Of a stretch of 64,000 nt of DNA, positions 30,559-39,546 are shown in pieces. Origin of the DNA: Fibrobacteria bacterium (lineage in GTDB: Bacteria; Fibrobacterota; Fibrobacteria; UBA11236); assembly GCA_041746255.1 (NCBI GenBank), contig JBGTHM010000039.1, positions 1 through 64,000 on the forward strand. The letters run 5' to 3'. The notes beneath the pieces were generated by a model. That model searched no databases and was not told where the DNA came from. It was given only the letters and a program-made list of their open reading frames with translations. Each line of letters opens with the position of its first letter. Position 1 is the first letter of the stretch. Made by a program: the position numbers and the translations under genes.

Positions 30559-30640
30559 GGGTGACCTCTATACGCACAGCCAAATCGTACTAGATTCCGC
30601 AACGGCCTTGAGGGTCGGTGAAGGTCGGTTAGTGGGCTTT

Positions 30641-31264
30641 ATGTCAGGAGATATGTTGGGGATGGGTAGGTCAGACACCGAAGTGCTTTTCCGCAGCCAT
30701 TATGGCAGCGTACTGGGGTTTTGTCGAGGTTTTGCGAAAAGTAAGGAGGAGGACCAGGATCTCACTTGCGAAGTCTTTCTTCGCATAGTTCGAAGCTATT
30801 CCCGATTCGAGGGCCGATCGCATGTATCCACTTGGATTCGCACCATTGCCCGCAATGTCTGTTTTTCCCATATTGCGCGCGCGCGGAAAGAAAAAGCCGG
30901 CCTCTCTCCCGCTTATTCCCATTCTCCCGATTCTTTTCCCTCACTCATTTTGTTGCGCCCGAGCCCGATTGAAGCGGAGGAGGACGCGCGCTTGGGTAAT
31001 ATCATGATAGAAAAGGCCTTGGGATCCATCGGGCGGCAGACCCGCGACATTGTGAAGAAATATTATCTGGAAGGCATGAGCCAGGGCGAGGTTGCCCGGG
31101 AATTGGGGGTATCCAGGCCCGCGATTGGGAAAAGTCTGAAACGCGCCAAATCCCATTGGCAACAAATGTTGCTGGGAAAAAATGGCTTGTCGACCCAACC
31201 ATCCCCAGTAAAGAAGCAACGCAAAGCGGTAACACCAAAGGTGGTGATGAAGGTCGCAGCCTGA
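30641..31264 (+). CDS. ECF RNA polymerase sigma factor
   Basis: Region 2 DL..EVFLRI.R.Y.RFEGRS.VSTWI.TIARN. Region 4 Y.EGMSQ.EVARELGVS...I...L.RA. Start uncertain (30608-30662). Confidence 0.88.
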   Translation: MSGDMLGMGRSDTEVLFRSHYGSVLGFCRGFAKSKEEDQDLTCEVFLRIVRSYSRFEGRSHVSTWIRTIARNVCFSHIARARKEKAGLSPAYSHSPDSFPSLILLRPSPIEAEEDARLGNIMIEKALGSIGRQTRDIVKKYYLEGMSQGEVARELGVSRPAIGKSLKRAKSHWQQMLLGKNGLSTQPSPVKKQRKAVTPKVVMKVAA

Positions 31265-31283
31265 ACGTGAGGTTTCTACGTGT

Positions 31284-31886
31284 GTGATTCCGGTTCCAGG
31301 GTGGTGGAATTCTACGATAGTACTTGGAGATTGCCGGGGAAGAAACCCAGGCGCCCCTGGTATTTTGGCGGAATGCCTCGCGAGGCTGCTCCGAGGGGCC
31401 TCCCTACTGTATCTTTCCCCTATGTTGCGCCGGAGTCCCGCCGCGCTTAAAATGGACATTCAACTCAAAAACTCCGAATTAGAAGCTTATTTGCGCCGAA
31501 TCGCCTGGCCCGGGTCTTTTGAGGCCCTTACCCATTTTTGGCGGGGGGATGATTTATTGGGTGGAGAAGCTAAATTCCAGCTTGCTTGCGGGGATGGGTT
31601 GCATCCCCTAATTGAATTCGAATTTGATATTTTTTCCGATTCACGCAGCCTTGTCAAAGCCGAAAAACTTGTAAATTTTCTGCAAGCCAGAGGCCTTTGC
31701 GATAAAGGTCGCGGGCAGGCTTTGCTGGCATGGCCGGGCGAAACCCGGTTACGAATGGTTGCGGATGGATCGGAGATCCGAACGCAGCGATGGCTCGACT
31801 TGAAACTTTGCTGGCATGCCGGTAGCGGATGGTCGGCCAAAGCCTATTTGGGATTCAGTCCACGTTTTTCCGTACCGGTCACCTAG
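31284..31886 (+). CDS. Hypothetical protein, possibly N-terminally shortened
   Basis: 200-aa ORF between the sigma and kinase genes. Protein-like motifs YLRRIAWPG, GLC...ALLAWPG, DLKL...AKAYLGF. Confidence 0.6.
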   Translation: MIPVPGWWNSTIVLGDCRGRNPGAPGILAECLARLLRGASLLYLSPMLRRSPAALKMDIQLKNSELEAYLRRIAWPGSFEALTHFWRGDDLLGGEAKFQLACGDGLHPLIEFEFDIFSDSRSLVKAEKLVNFLQARGLCDKGRGQALLAWPGETRLRMVADGSEIRTQRWLDLKLCWHAGSGWSAKAYLGFSPRFSVPVT

Positions 31887-31918
31887 GGAACACCGGTTTA
31901 CAACTTTCAGGAAATTCA

Positions 31919-34900
31919 ATGAATTATTCCGGCACGAACGGTAGCGAAACCTTGTCCGCATGGATAGCCCATGACGCGCTGGACTTGGAGGAGTTTTTCG
32001 GTTTCGCCCGGAAAATTTGCAGTGAAATTACGCGACTCCACTCTGCCGGCGAAATGTTGGGAGTTCTGTATCCAGGCCGGATTGAGGTCTCTTCCAATAC
32101 GGAGCTTCTCGAATTTCTCGCCGTGAGCTCGATTATACCCTCCGAACCGCCACTTTCGGAACGGTTGAACCTGACCTCCCTTTCCGACGCCTGGCCCTAC
32201 TTGGCTCCCGAGATGACCGGACGCATGAACCGGCTTCCGGATAAACGATCCGATCTGTATTCCCTGGGCATGTTGTTTTTCCATTTGCTCACGGGCCGAC
32301 TTCCGGTGGCCTATACGACCTATCCGGAATGGACTCACTGGCATTTGACGGCGACCCCTGTACCCGTTCATGAATGGAACCCCCTCGTGCCCATGCCGCT
32401 CTCCGCGATTGTGGCCAAGTTGATTGCCAAGGATGCGGACGATCGATATCAAGACGCCGGGAGTTTGCAGCGCGATTTGGGAATTTGTAATAAGCAATGG
32501 AACACTGTCGGGAAAATGGCCGGCTTTGCTCCTGGTTCGACGCCTGTTTCGAGACCCCTGGTTTTCTCCGACCGGCTTTTCGGTCGCGATGAAACACTGA
32601 AGGAAATCCTTTCGATGACTGATTTCGCCAAGCGGGGAAGTCGCCGAATACAGTTACTTTCGGGCAGCCCGGGTGTGGGAAAATCGGCATTGGCGGCCGA
32701 AGCCGGTCGTATCTTCCTCTCAAAGGGAATGCAATTTTTCCATGGAAAATTCGAACCGTTGCAAAAAAACACTCCCTATGGCGCCTTCGTAACCGCTTTC
32801 AGGCAAATTGCGGAGCGAATGTTGGGGTTGCCGCCCGAACGTCTGGAATGGTGGAAAAGCCGCTTACTGGAGTGCCTCGAGAGTAACGGGCGTGTTATTA
32901 TCGAATTGGTGCCCGATTTTCGGCATGTGCTCGGGACGCTACCCGATTTGCCTCAATTGGGAATTCCCGAAGCCCAGCACCGTTTTCGCATGGCCATCCA
33001 GGATTTTTTGCGGGCCGTCGCTCCGTCCGAATCTCCGCTGGTACTATTACTCGACGATTTGCACTGGGCCGACGCGGCCTCTCTGGAGCTACTCCGTATC
33101 TGGATGCAAGATACCGAACCCGCGCATATTCTGATTATCGGCACGTTTAGGGAAGGCGAGGGGGATGCCGATAGCCAATTGGGAAAATGGCTGGGCGAAT
33201 GCCGAAAACTTCCGGAGACGGTGCGAAGCCTTTTTCTGGAGCCCTTACAGGAAAGGCAGGTCACCGCGTTTTTACAGCAGGCGCTTTGCGTGGAATCCGA
33301 CCGCTTGGCGCGTTTGTCCGAATTGGTGTTTCGTCACACGCAGGGAAATCCATTTTCCATGCGCCAATTGCTGTTACAATGGCGGCAGGAAAACATGCTT
33401 CGCTTCGAATACGATTTCGACAGGGCTTCCCAACCACACGGGCATTGGGTCTGGGACTTGAAGGCTATCGAAAACATTGGGGTATCATCCCAGGTATCGG
33501 AGCGGTTAAATGCGCGCATTAACGGCTTGGAAGCGGAACAAAAACATACGCTTCTACAGGCTGCTTGCTTCGGAACCCGCTTCCAGGTAAAAGTTCTCGC
33601 CGACCATCTGGAGCAAAGCGTCGACCAGACTCTATCCCTATTGGGAGCTTTGCAACTCAGGGATTTACTCACCTCTTGCGGGGGAATCGCAGAGACTTTC
33701 GATTTTCAGCATGACAATGTTCGTGAAGCGGCCTATCGCATTTTGACGGAGCCGGAGAAACACCAGGCACACTGGCGCATCGGGCAACGCTTGCTGGCCG
33801 AAATGAAATCGCTGGACCAGGGAGATACCCTATTCGAAGTCGCGAATCATCTCATCGCCGGCATATCCCAGGCCCGTGGCTCATTTGAACGGAACCAAGT
33901 CGCCCAGCTCATTTGGGCGGCGAGTCGCAAGGCCTTGGCATCGGCCGCATATTTTTCCGCTGCGAATTTCATCCATGCGGCCAGGCGATTGCTTGGAGAC
34001 ACGGCCTGGGAAGACAACTATCCCCTGGCATTCGGATTGGCTCTTGACCGGATGGAATGCGAGGCCCTGGTTAATAATGTGGATGCCGCGCGCGCGTGTT
34101 TGGAGGAGTTGTTGGAAAAGGCCTCTACGCCGTCCGACAAGTTGGCCGCCTATTGCGGCTTCATCCGGATTTTGTTGCACGAAAACGCCTATGGCGAAGC
34201 GATAACGCTGGGAACCGAAGCTTTGCGGCTGTTGGGCGTCCATATTCCCAAGCGCGCCCACCCGGTGAGCCTGTTGGTGGAAATGGCAACGGCCGAATGG
34301 CTGCAGCGAAAAAGCCGGCACGAAAAATTACGGCGCCTGTCACCCAATTTGAGCGCGGAAAACCAGACTGCGCAAACATTGCTTACCCATTTATGGGTGG
34401 CTTCCTATTGGGAGGATCAGGCGCTTTACGCGCTCGTTACGCTGAAGATGGTGAATTTTTCCATGCGTCACGGAAATGCGGAAATTTCCTCGGTGGCATA
34501 TGTTTTTTATGGGGCCATGCTCAATTCGGTCATGGGACGCACTGAAAAAGCCCGCTGGTTCGGGGATTTGGGATTGGGTCTTTCCCGTGATGTGCGCAAT
34601 CCCGGCATCCGCGGCAAAGTTTACATGTTCTACGGCGGGTTCATCAACCTCTTTCACGCTCCCCTCGAGTCCAGTCTTGCTTTTTTCGAGGAAGGCTACA
34701 AAGAGTGCCTGCGCGCCGGTGAAAGGGTATTCGCGGGTTTCGCCGCCGAGGCGTATATCACCTGTCTTCCGATGGCGAATCGGGGTCTGGACGAGGTGGA
34801 GTCCGAATGCCGGCGCTATGCGCATAAACTGGAATTGCTGGGAAAGCATTCCAGTTCTTTCGTAGTAGCCTTGGTGTTACATCATGTCAGGGAGGTTTCC

Positions 34901-36736
34901 GGATCCGGCGGTTCCGACAATCCCGCGCCTTCACGCCCACCTTCCCGGCCCTTGGGTTCGGAGCCGGAGGGTGAATCCGGGAAACCCCCGAAGGGGAAAG
35001 TAAATCCGAAAGAAAATTCGCGTGCCGGCCGCGGCATTCAACTGCTCTACGCTATGCAGTCGGCATTCCTTGCCGGAGAGTGGGAACAAGGCTTAGCAAG
35101 CGGAGAAGACTTGCAGGGCAACCCCTTATTGAAAGGCGTTCCGGTTTTGGTGGCCGCTTATCACGTGCATGCGGCGCTCCTTTGCGCCGAGGGTATGGCC
35201 AGGCTGGGGGAACCGAGTCGTCGTAAATGGCTCTCCCGCATTCGCAAAGCGGCCAAACAGTTACGTAAATGGAAAGATCTATGCCCGGAAAATTTCCAGG
35301 CTCCCCATGATTTGGTTCATGCCGCCTTGTATCGCATCCAGGGTGATTTCACCCAAGCTGCCCGGTTGTGTGAAGCGGCTGTTGAAGCCGGGCGGCGCTT
35401 CGGGTCGCAAATGTATGAAGCCGAAGCGCTCGAGCAGGCCGCGCGGAATTATCTGGAGGCGGGATCCACGCGCTTGGGCTGCCAGGCCTTGGTTGAGGCC
35501 GAAGCCTCCTATGTTCGCTGGGGCGCGCTACCCAAGGCGACCGCTGTGAGAGCCGAACTCGATTCGCTCCCGCGTTGGGCGTTTACCAAGCCCAAAGGAA
35601 GGGACATTTCCTCCGATGAAGATGCGGTTAAACCGGGAATCCAGGATATCGATCTCCATTCCGTAATGGCGGCTTCGCGAGCCATATCCGGCGAGATTGT
35701 TTTTAAAAGCCTGTTGGCGAAACTTTTGGAGACCATTCTCAAATGCGCCGGCGCGCAGCGGGTCGCACTCATCCTGGAAAGAAAAAGCGTGTTCATCGTA
35801 GAAGCCGAGGCGGTGAGCGATAAAACCCGTCTGTTCGAGTCCACTCCGCTCGATTCCCATTCCGGCTTACCCACTTCCATCGTTTATTATGTGGCCCGTA
35901 CCGAAAAAAGCCTGATATTATCGGATGCCCGCACCGATACGCGTTTTATTCACGATCCTTATTTGCGGCGCAACGAACCGAGGTCGGTTTTGTGCGCCCC
36001 ATTGCTCAGCCAGGGCAAGTTACGAGGCATCATTTATGCTGAGAACAACCTGACCACCAGCGCCTTCACCCTGCAGAGGCTTGAGGTGTTGAATATTCTC
36101 GCGGCCCAGGCGGCCATATCCCTGACCAATGCCGACTACCATTCCCTGCAAATCGAGGCCTTGCAGGCCCGCGTTTCCCCGCACTTCCTTTTCAACGCCT
36201 TGAGTTCCATCGCCGAGTTGATTCTCGACGACCCGGCGGGAGCGGAAAAGGCGGTCATTCTGCTTTCCGGCCTTTACCGTTACATTCTCACCGCTTCGCT
36301 CAACAATTCGGTGCCCTTGTCGGAAGAGTTGGAAATCGTGCACGCGTACCTGATGCTGGAAAAGCTTCGGTTCGGCGACAAACTGGATTTCGAAATCACT
36401 TCCGAAGGTGATATCGGTTCCGTGCAGGTTCCGGGTCTGATCATCCAGCCACTGGCCGAAAACAGCGTTCGCCACGGCATCAGCCCTAATATCGACGGGG
36501 GAAAAGTGAGCGTGCATGTCGAAAACCGCGATGGGCATTGTCGGATCATTGTTTCGGACAACGGCTTGGGCTTGGGGAATAACCATTCCACCGGCACGGG
36601 TTACGGATTGAAAAACGTGCAAGAACGTCTGAAATTGGTTTATGGAGAAGGGTATTCCCTTTCCATTTCTTCGCAAGCCGGTTATCGGGTCGAAATCAAC
36701 TTGAGACTTTCACACTTCGAAAAAGCAGCTCCGTGA
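31919..36736 (+). CDS. Multidomain sensor: degenerate Ser/Thr kinase - AAA/STAND-like ATPase - helical repeats - GAF - LytS-type histidine kinase
   Basis: YLAPEMTGRMNR..D.RSDLYSLG, GSPGVGKS, LLLDDLHWAD, TQGNPF, GAF (SVLCAPL...IYAENN...AFT), LQARVSPHFLFNAL, EK.RFGDKL, IQPL.ENSVRHG, GTGYGL.NV.ERL. Confidence 0.92.
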   Translation: MNYSGTNGSETLSAWIAHDALDLEEFFGFARKICSEITRLHSAGEMLGVLYPGRIEVSSNTELLEFLAVSSIIPSEPPLSERLNLTSLSDAWPYLAPEMTGRMNRLPDKRSDLYSLGMLFFHLLTGRLPVAYTTYPEWTHWHLTATPVPVHEWNPLVPMPLSAIVAKLIAKDADDRYQDAGSLQRDLGICNKQWNTVGKMAGFAPGSTPVSRPLVFSDRLFGRDETLKEILSMTDFAKRGSRRIQLLSGSPGVGKSALAAEAGRIFLSKGMQFFHGKFEPLQKNTPYGAFVTAFRQIAERMLGLPPERLEWWKSRLLECLESNGRVIIELVPDFRHVLGTLPDLPQLGIPEAQHRFRMAIQDFLRAVAPSESPLVLLLDDLHWADAASLELLRIWMQDTEPAHILIIGTFREGEGDADSQLGKWLGECRKLPETVRSLFLEPLQERQVTAFLQQALCVESDRLARLSELVFRHTQGNPFSMRQLLLQWRQENMLRFEYDFDRASQPHGHWVWDLKAIENIGVSSQVSERLNARINGLEAEQKHTLLQAACFGTRFQVKVLADHLEQSVDQTLSLLGALQLRDLLTSCGGIAETFDFQHDNVREAAYRILTEPEKHQAHWRIGQRLLAEMKSLDQGDTLFEVANHLIAGISQARGSFERNQVAQLIWAASRKALASAAYFSAANFIHAARRLLGDTAWEDNYPLAFGLALDRMECEALVNNVDAARACLEELLEKASTPSDKLAAYCGFIRILLHENAYGEAITLGTEALRLLGVHIPKRAHPVSLLVEMATAEWLQRKSRHEKLRRLSPNLSAENQTAQTLLTHLWVASYWEDQALYALVTLKMVNFSMRHGNAEISSVAYVFYGAMLNSVMGRTEKARWFGDLGLGLSRDVRNPGIRGKVYMFYGGFINLFHAPLESSLAFFEEGYKECLRAGERVFAGFAAEAYITCLPMANRGLDEVESECRRYAHKLELLGKHSSSFVVALVLHHVREVSGSGGSDNPAPSRPPSRPLGSEPEGESGKPPKGKVNPKENSRAGRGIQLLYAMQSAFLAGEWEQGLASGEDLQGNPLLKGVPVLVAAYHVHAALLCAEGMARLGEPSRRKWLSRIRKAAKQLRKWKDLCPENFQAPHDLVHAALYRIQGDFTQAARLCEAAVEAGRRFGSQMYEAEALEQAARNYLEAGSTRLGCQALVEAEASYVRWGALPKATAVRAELDSLPRWAFTKPKGRDISSDEDAVKPGIQDIDLHSVMAASRAISGEIVFKSLLAKLLETILKCAGAQRVALILERKSVFIVEAEAVSDKTRLFESTPLDSHSGLPTSIVYYVARTEKSLILSDARTDTRFIHDPYLRRNEPRSVLCAPLLSQGKLRGIIYAENNLTTSAFTLQRLEVLNILAAQAAISLTNADYHSLQIEALQARVSPHFLFNALSSIAELILDDPAGAEKAVILLSGLYRYILTASLNNSVPLSEELEIVHAYLMLEKLRFGDKLDFEITSEGDIGSVQVPGLIIQPLAENSVRHGISPNIDGGKVSVHVENRDGHCRIIVSDNGLGLGNNHSTGTGYGLKNVQERLKLVYGEGYSLSISSQAGYRVEINLRLSHFEKAAP

Positions 36737-37476
36737 AGATTCGCGCCCTCATTGTTGAAGACGAAGCCCATTCGTTGCGGCGCCTGGTCAGGCTTTTGAA
36801 TCCGTGGAATCTTGAAATAGAAGTAGTCGGGCAATGCACCAACGGTATAACTGCCGTGGAACAGATTCAAACCCTGAAACCCGACCTGCTGTTTCTGGAC
36901 ATCCAGCTGCCGGGTCTTAACGCTTTTCAAATCTTGAGCCGGCTGGAAAAACAACCCTTCATCATTTTCACAACCGCATTTGCGACCCATGCCCTGGAAG
37001 CGTTCAAGCATAACTCCGTCGATTATCTGCTCAAGCCCATCGAGCCGGAAGCGCTGGAACGCGCCATGTTGAAAATGCTCAACAGGAGTACGCCGAAACT
37101 CCCCAAAATAGATCGAATTTCACGATTATTGGAAAACCTGGAACAGGGTTATTTGACCTTTATTCCCTGTAGGGTGGGGGAAAGGACCCTATTGGTAAAA
37201 GTAGGGGAGATCCTTTATTTTCAGGCTGACAGCAAATACACCATGGTGAAAACCAATGGGAAATCCTATGCCATTACCACCCCGCTGGTGGATTTGGAAC
37301 GGCAACTCGACCCCAAGGAATTCATTCGCATCCATCGGGGAACCTTGGTTAATCTGGCGTGGATTGCCGAAATCCGCAAATCCTTCGAAGGAAAAGTCAA
37401 AATTTTGATGCTGGACCAGCCTTCCTCCGAATTGTCTGTCAGCAAGGCCTTTGCCGAGCGATTGCGCGATTTTTAG
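36733..37476 (+). CDS. LytTR-family response regulator
   Basis: REC domain (IVEDE, FLDIQLPG, FTTAF, DYLLKP) plus LytTR (F.RIHRG.LVN). GTGA overlap with the kinase stop. Confidence 0.95.
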   Translation: MKIRALIVEDEAHSLRRLVRLLNPWNLEIEVVGQCTNGITAVEQIQTLKPDLLFLDIQLPGLNAFQILSRLEKQPFIIFTTAFATHALEAFKHNSVDYLLKPIEPEALERAMLKMLNRSTPKLPKIDRISRLLENLEQGYLTFIPCRVGERTLLVKVGEILYFQADSKYTMVKTNGKSYAITTPLVDLERQLDPKEFIRIHRGTLVNLAWIAEIRKSFEGKVKILMLDQPSSELSVSKAFAERLRDF

Positions 37477-37504
37477 CCGCCTTGCATGTTTCCGGTGTCC
37501 CTGC

Positions 37505-37533
37505 TTGACCGGCGGAACGCTTGGCTGTATCTT
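37505..37533 (+). promoter_or_regulatory. Putative sigma70 promoter of DAHP synthase gene
   Basis: TTGACC-N17-TATCTT. Confidence 0.55.
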
Positions 37534-37562
37534 TTTACCGCCTATGCGCAAACAGAATTTTC

Positions 37563-37595
37563 AAACCCCGGGGCCGACTCGGGGTTTCTTGTTTC
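37563..37595 (+). terminator. Intrinsic-terminator-like hairpin in the DAHP synthase leader
   Basis: AAACCCCG-N9-CGGGGTTT followed by CTTGTTTC. Confidence 0.55.
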
Positions 37596-37610
37596 AAGGG
37601 TTGAAGGAAT

Positions 37611-38663
37611 ATGAAACGCACCGAAGACTTGAATGTAACGCAAACTCAGCCGCTCATCTCGCCCCGCGAGTTGAAATCGGCCTTTGTCATGGACGAAACG
37701 GCGAATAATGTCGTCATTCAAGGTCGGGAAACCATTCAGAACATTTTGCGGGGGAAAGATAAACGGCTTTTGGCCATTCTCGGACCCTGTTCCATACACG
37801 ATCCCGAAGCCGCGCTCGACTATGCCCGAAAGCTCGCGGCTGTAAGCGAAAAAGTAGCGGATCGCATCGTCGTGGTCATGCGGGTGTATTTCGAGAAACC
37901 TCGCACGACTATCGGGTGGAGGGGTCTCATCAACGATCCGCATCTCGACGACTCTTGCGATATCGAAACCGGGCTGCGTATCGCGCGAAAACTTCTGCTC
38001 GATATCAATCATCTGGGTCTGCCCGCCGCCACCGAATTTCTCGATCCCATCGTCCCGCAATATATCGCCGATTTGGTGAGCTGGGCCGCCATTGGAGCGC
38101 GCACTACCGAATCGCAAACGCATCGTCAAATGGCCAGCGGCTTGTCAATGCCCGTGGGTTTCAAAAATGGAACCGACGGCAATGCGCAAGTCGCCATCGA
38201 CGCCATGCAATCGTCGCGCAGCGCGCATAGTTTTCTCGGACTCGATCCTGACGGAAGAACCTGCGTAATCAAAACCAAAGGCAATCCCTGGAGCCATCTG
38301 GTTTTGCGCGGAGGACGGGATAGGACCAATTACGATGCGAAGAGTGTCGCGGAGGCGGTGGAAAAAATCCGCAAGGCCGGCTTGGAAGAACGCCTCGTCG
38401 TCGATTGCAGCCACGGAAATACCAATAAGCAGCATGAATTGCAGGAAGTAGTGATGCAAAGCATACTGAGCCAAAGAAGCGACGGCAACCGCAACATTAT
38501 CGGAGTAATGGTCGAAAGCAATCTTTTCGGAGGCAGCCAGAAAATCAACCCGGATCGCTCCAAAATGCGGTACGGTGTTTCGGTAACCGACGATTGTATC
38601 GATTGGGATGCGACCGAACGCATTCTCCTCGAAGCGCACGCGGCCATGGCCAGGGTGGAATAA
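37611..38663 (+). CDS. 3-deoxy-7-phosphoheptulonate (DAHP) synthase, class I-alpha (AroF/G/H type)
   Basis: [55 protein letters not shown]. Confidence 0.96.
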   Translation: MKRTEDLNVTQTQPLISPRELKSAFVMDETANNVVIQGRETIQNILRGKDKRLLAILGPCSIHDPEAALDYARKLAAVSEKVADRIVVVMRVYFEKPRTTIGWRGLINDPHLDDSCDIETGLRIARKLLLDINHLGLPAATEFLDPIVPQYIADLVSWAAIGARTTESQTHRQMASGLSMPVGFKNGTDGNAQVAIDAMQSSRSAHSFLGLDPDGRTCVIKTKGNPWSHLVLRGGRDRTNYDAKSVAEAVEKIRKAGLEERLVVDCSHGNTNKQHELQEVVMQSILSQRSDGNRNIIGVMVESNLFGGSQKINPDRSKMRYGVSVTDDCIDWDATERILLEAHAAMARVE

Positions 38664-38666
38664 ATT

Positions 38667-38960
38667 TCATTCCGCCGGGGGAGGTAATTTATCCGCTCTA
38701 TCCGGCCCGGGCAGGAAAACCAAACCGATCAGGGCGAAAGCCACGATGAGAATCAGCGCTTGAACGCCTACCGCCACCCAGGCTGAGCCGCCTAATTCTC
38801 CGAAAAACCGGTTGGTTAAGAAAAGGGCGGCGGGGAGTAACACGAAAATTCCCAATAGCACCCAACTGCTGCGTTTTTCCAGATCGACATGCCGCGCCCT
38901 GCGCTTCAGCCATAAAAAACCGGCCAATACCACGGCAGCTAACACCAGATTTTCCGCCAT
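38667..38960 (-). CDS. Hypothetical small membrane protein
   Basis: Three hydrophobic segments, fills an intergenic gap. Confidence 0.55.
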   Translation of the reverse strand: MAENLVLAAVVLAGFLWLKRRARHVDLEKRSSWVLLGIFVLLPAALFLTNRFFGELGGSAWVAVGVQALILIVAFALIGLVFLPGPDRADKLPPPAE

Positions 38961-39038
38961 AGGCGATTAAGATACCTATTTTATGAGAGTACACTCGGGA
39001 AAGCGAATTCCGCTTTCCAAGTAACATAGGAGGTCTTC

Positions 39039-39506
39039 TTGAAAAAACGGTTTCATCTCGGGCATTATCTTGCGATTGCGTCGCTGTTTATGGTTCTTTC
39101 TTCCGGACAGGCAAGGGCGCAGGCCTCGGGTTTGGGGTTGGGAGTCATTCTGGGCGAGCCCACAGGCCTAAGCCTTAAAAATTGGTTGGGCGGCAGCACG
39201 GCTCTCCATGCCGCTTTAGCCTGGTCGTTAAGCCATAATAATGTTTATGCCCATGCGGATTACGTATTTCACAATTTCAATATCGTCCGGGTCGACGTGG
39301 GAAGGTTGGCGGTGTATTATGGAATCGGTGGTCGCTTTTACGCGGCGGACGATCCGGGAGTGGGAGTACGCGTTCCCATCGGCTTAAACTATCTCTTCGC
39401 TGATATGCCCTTGGATGCCTTCGTAGAATTGGTGCCGGTTTTGGCGGTGTTGCCCGATACCGATTTCGACTTGTCCGGAGCTATCGGACTCCGGTATTTT
39501 TTCTGA
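39039..39506 (+). CDS. Hypothetical small outer-membrane beta-barrel protein
   Basis: GGAGG RBS, signal peptide, GLGVILGEPTGLS.K, GVRVPIG, C-terminal GLRYFF. Confidence 0.75.
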   Translation: MKKRFHLGHYLAIASLFMVLSSGQARAQASGLGLGVILGEPTGLSLKNWLGGSTALHAALAWSLSHNNVYAHADYVFHNFNIVRVDVGRLAVYYGIGGRFYAADDPGVGVRVPIGLNYLFADMPLDAFVELVPVLAVLPDTDFDLSGAIGLRYFF

Positions 39507-39546
39507 TAACGACTTAGTCCTTCACCTGATTAAGGAGTGAACGCCG

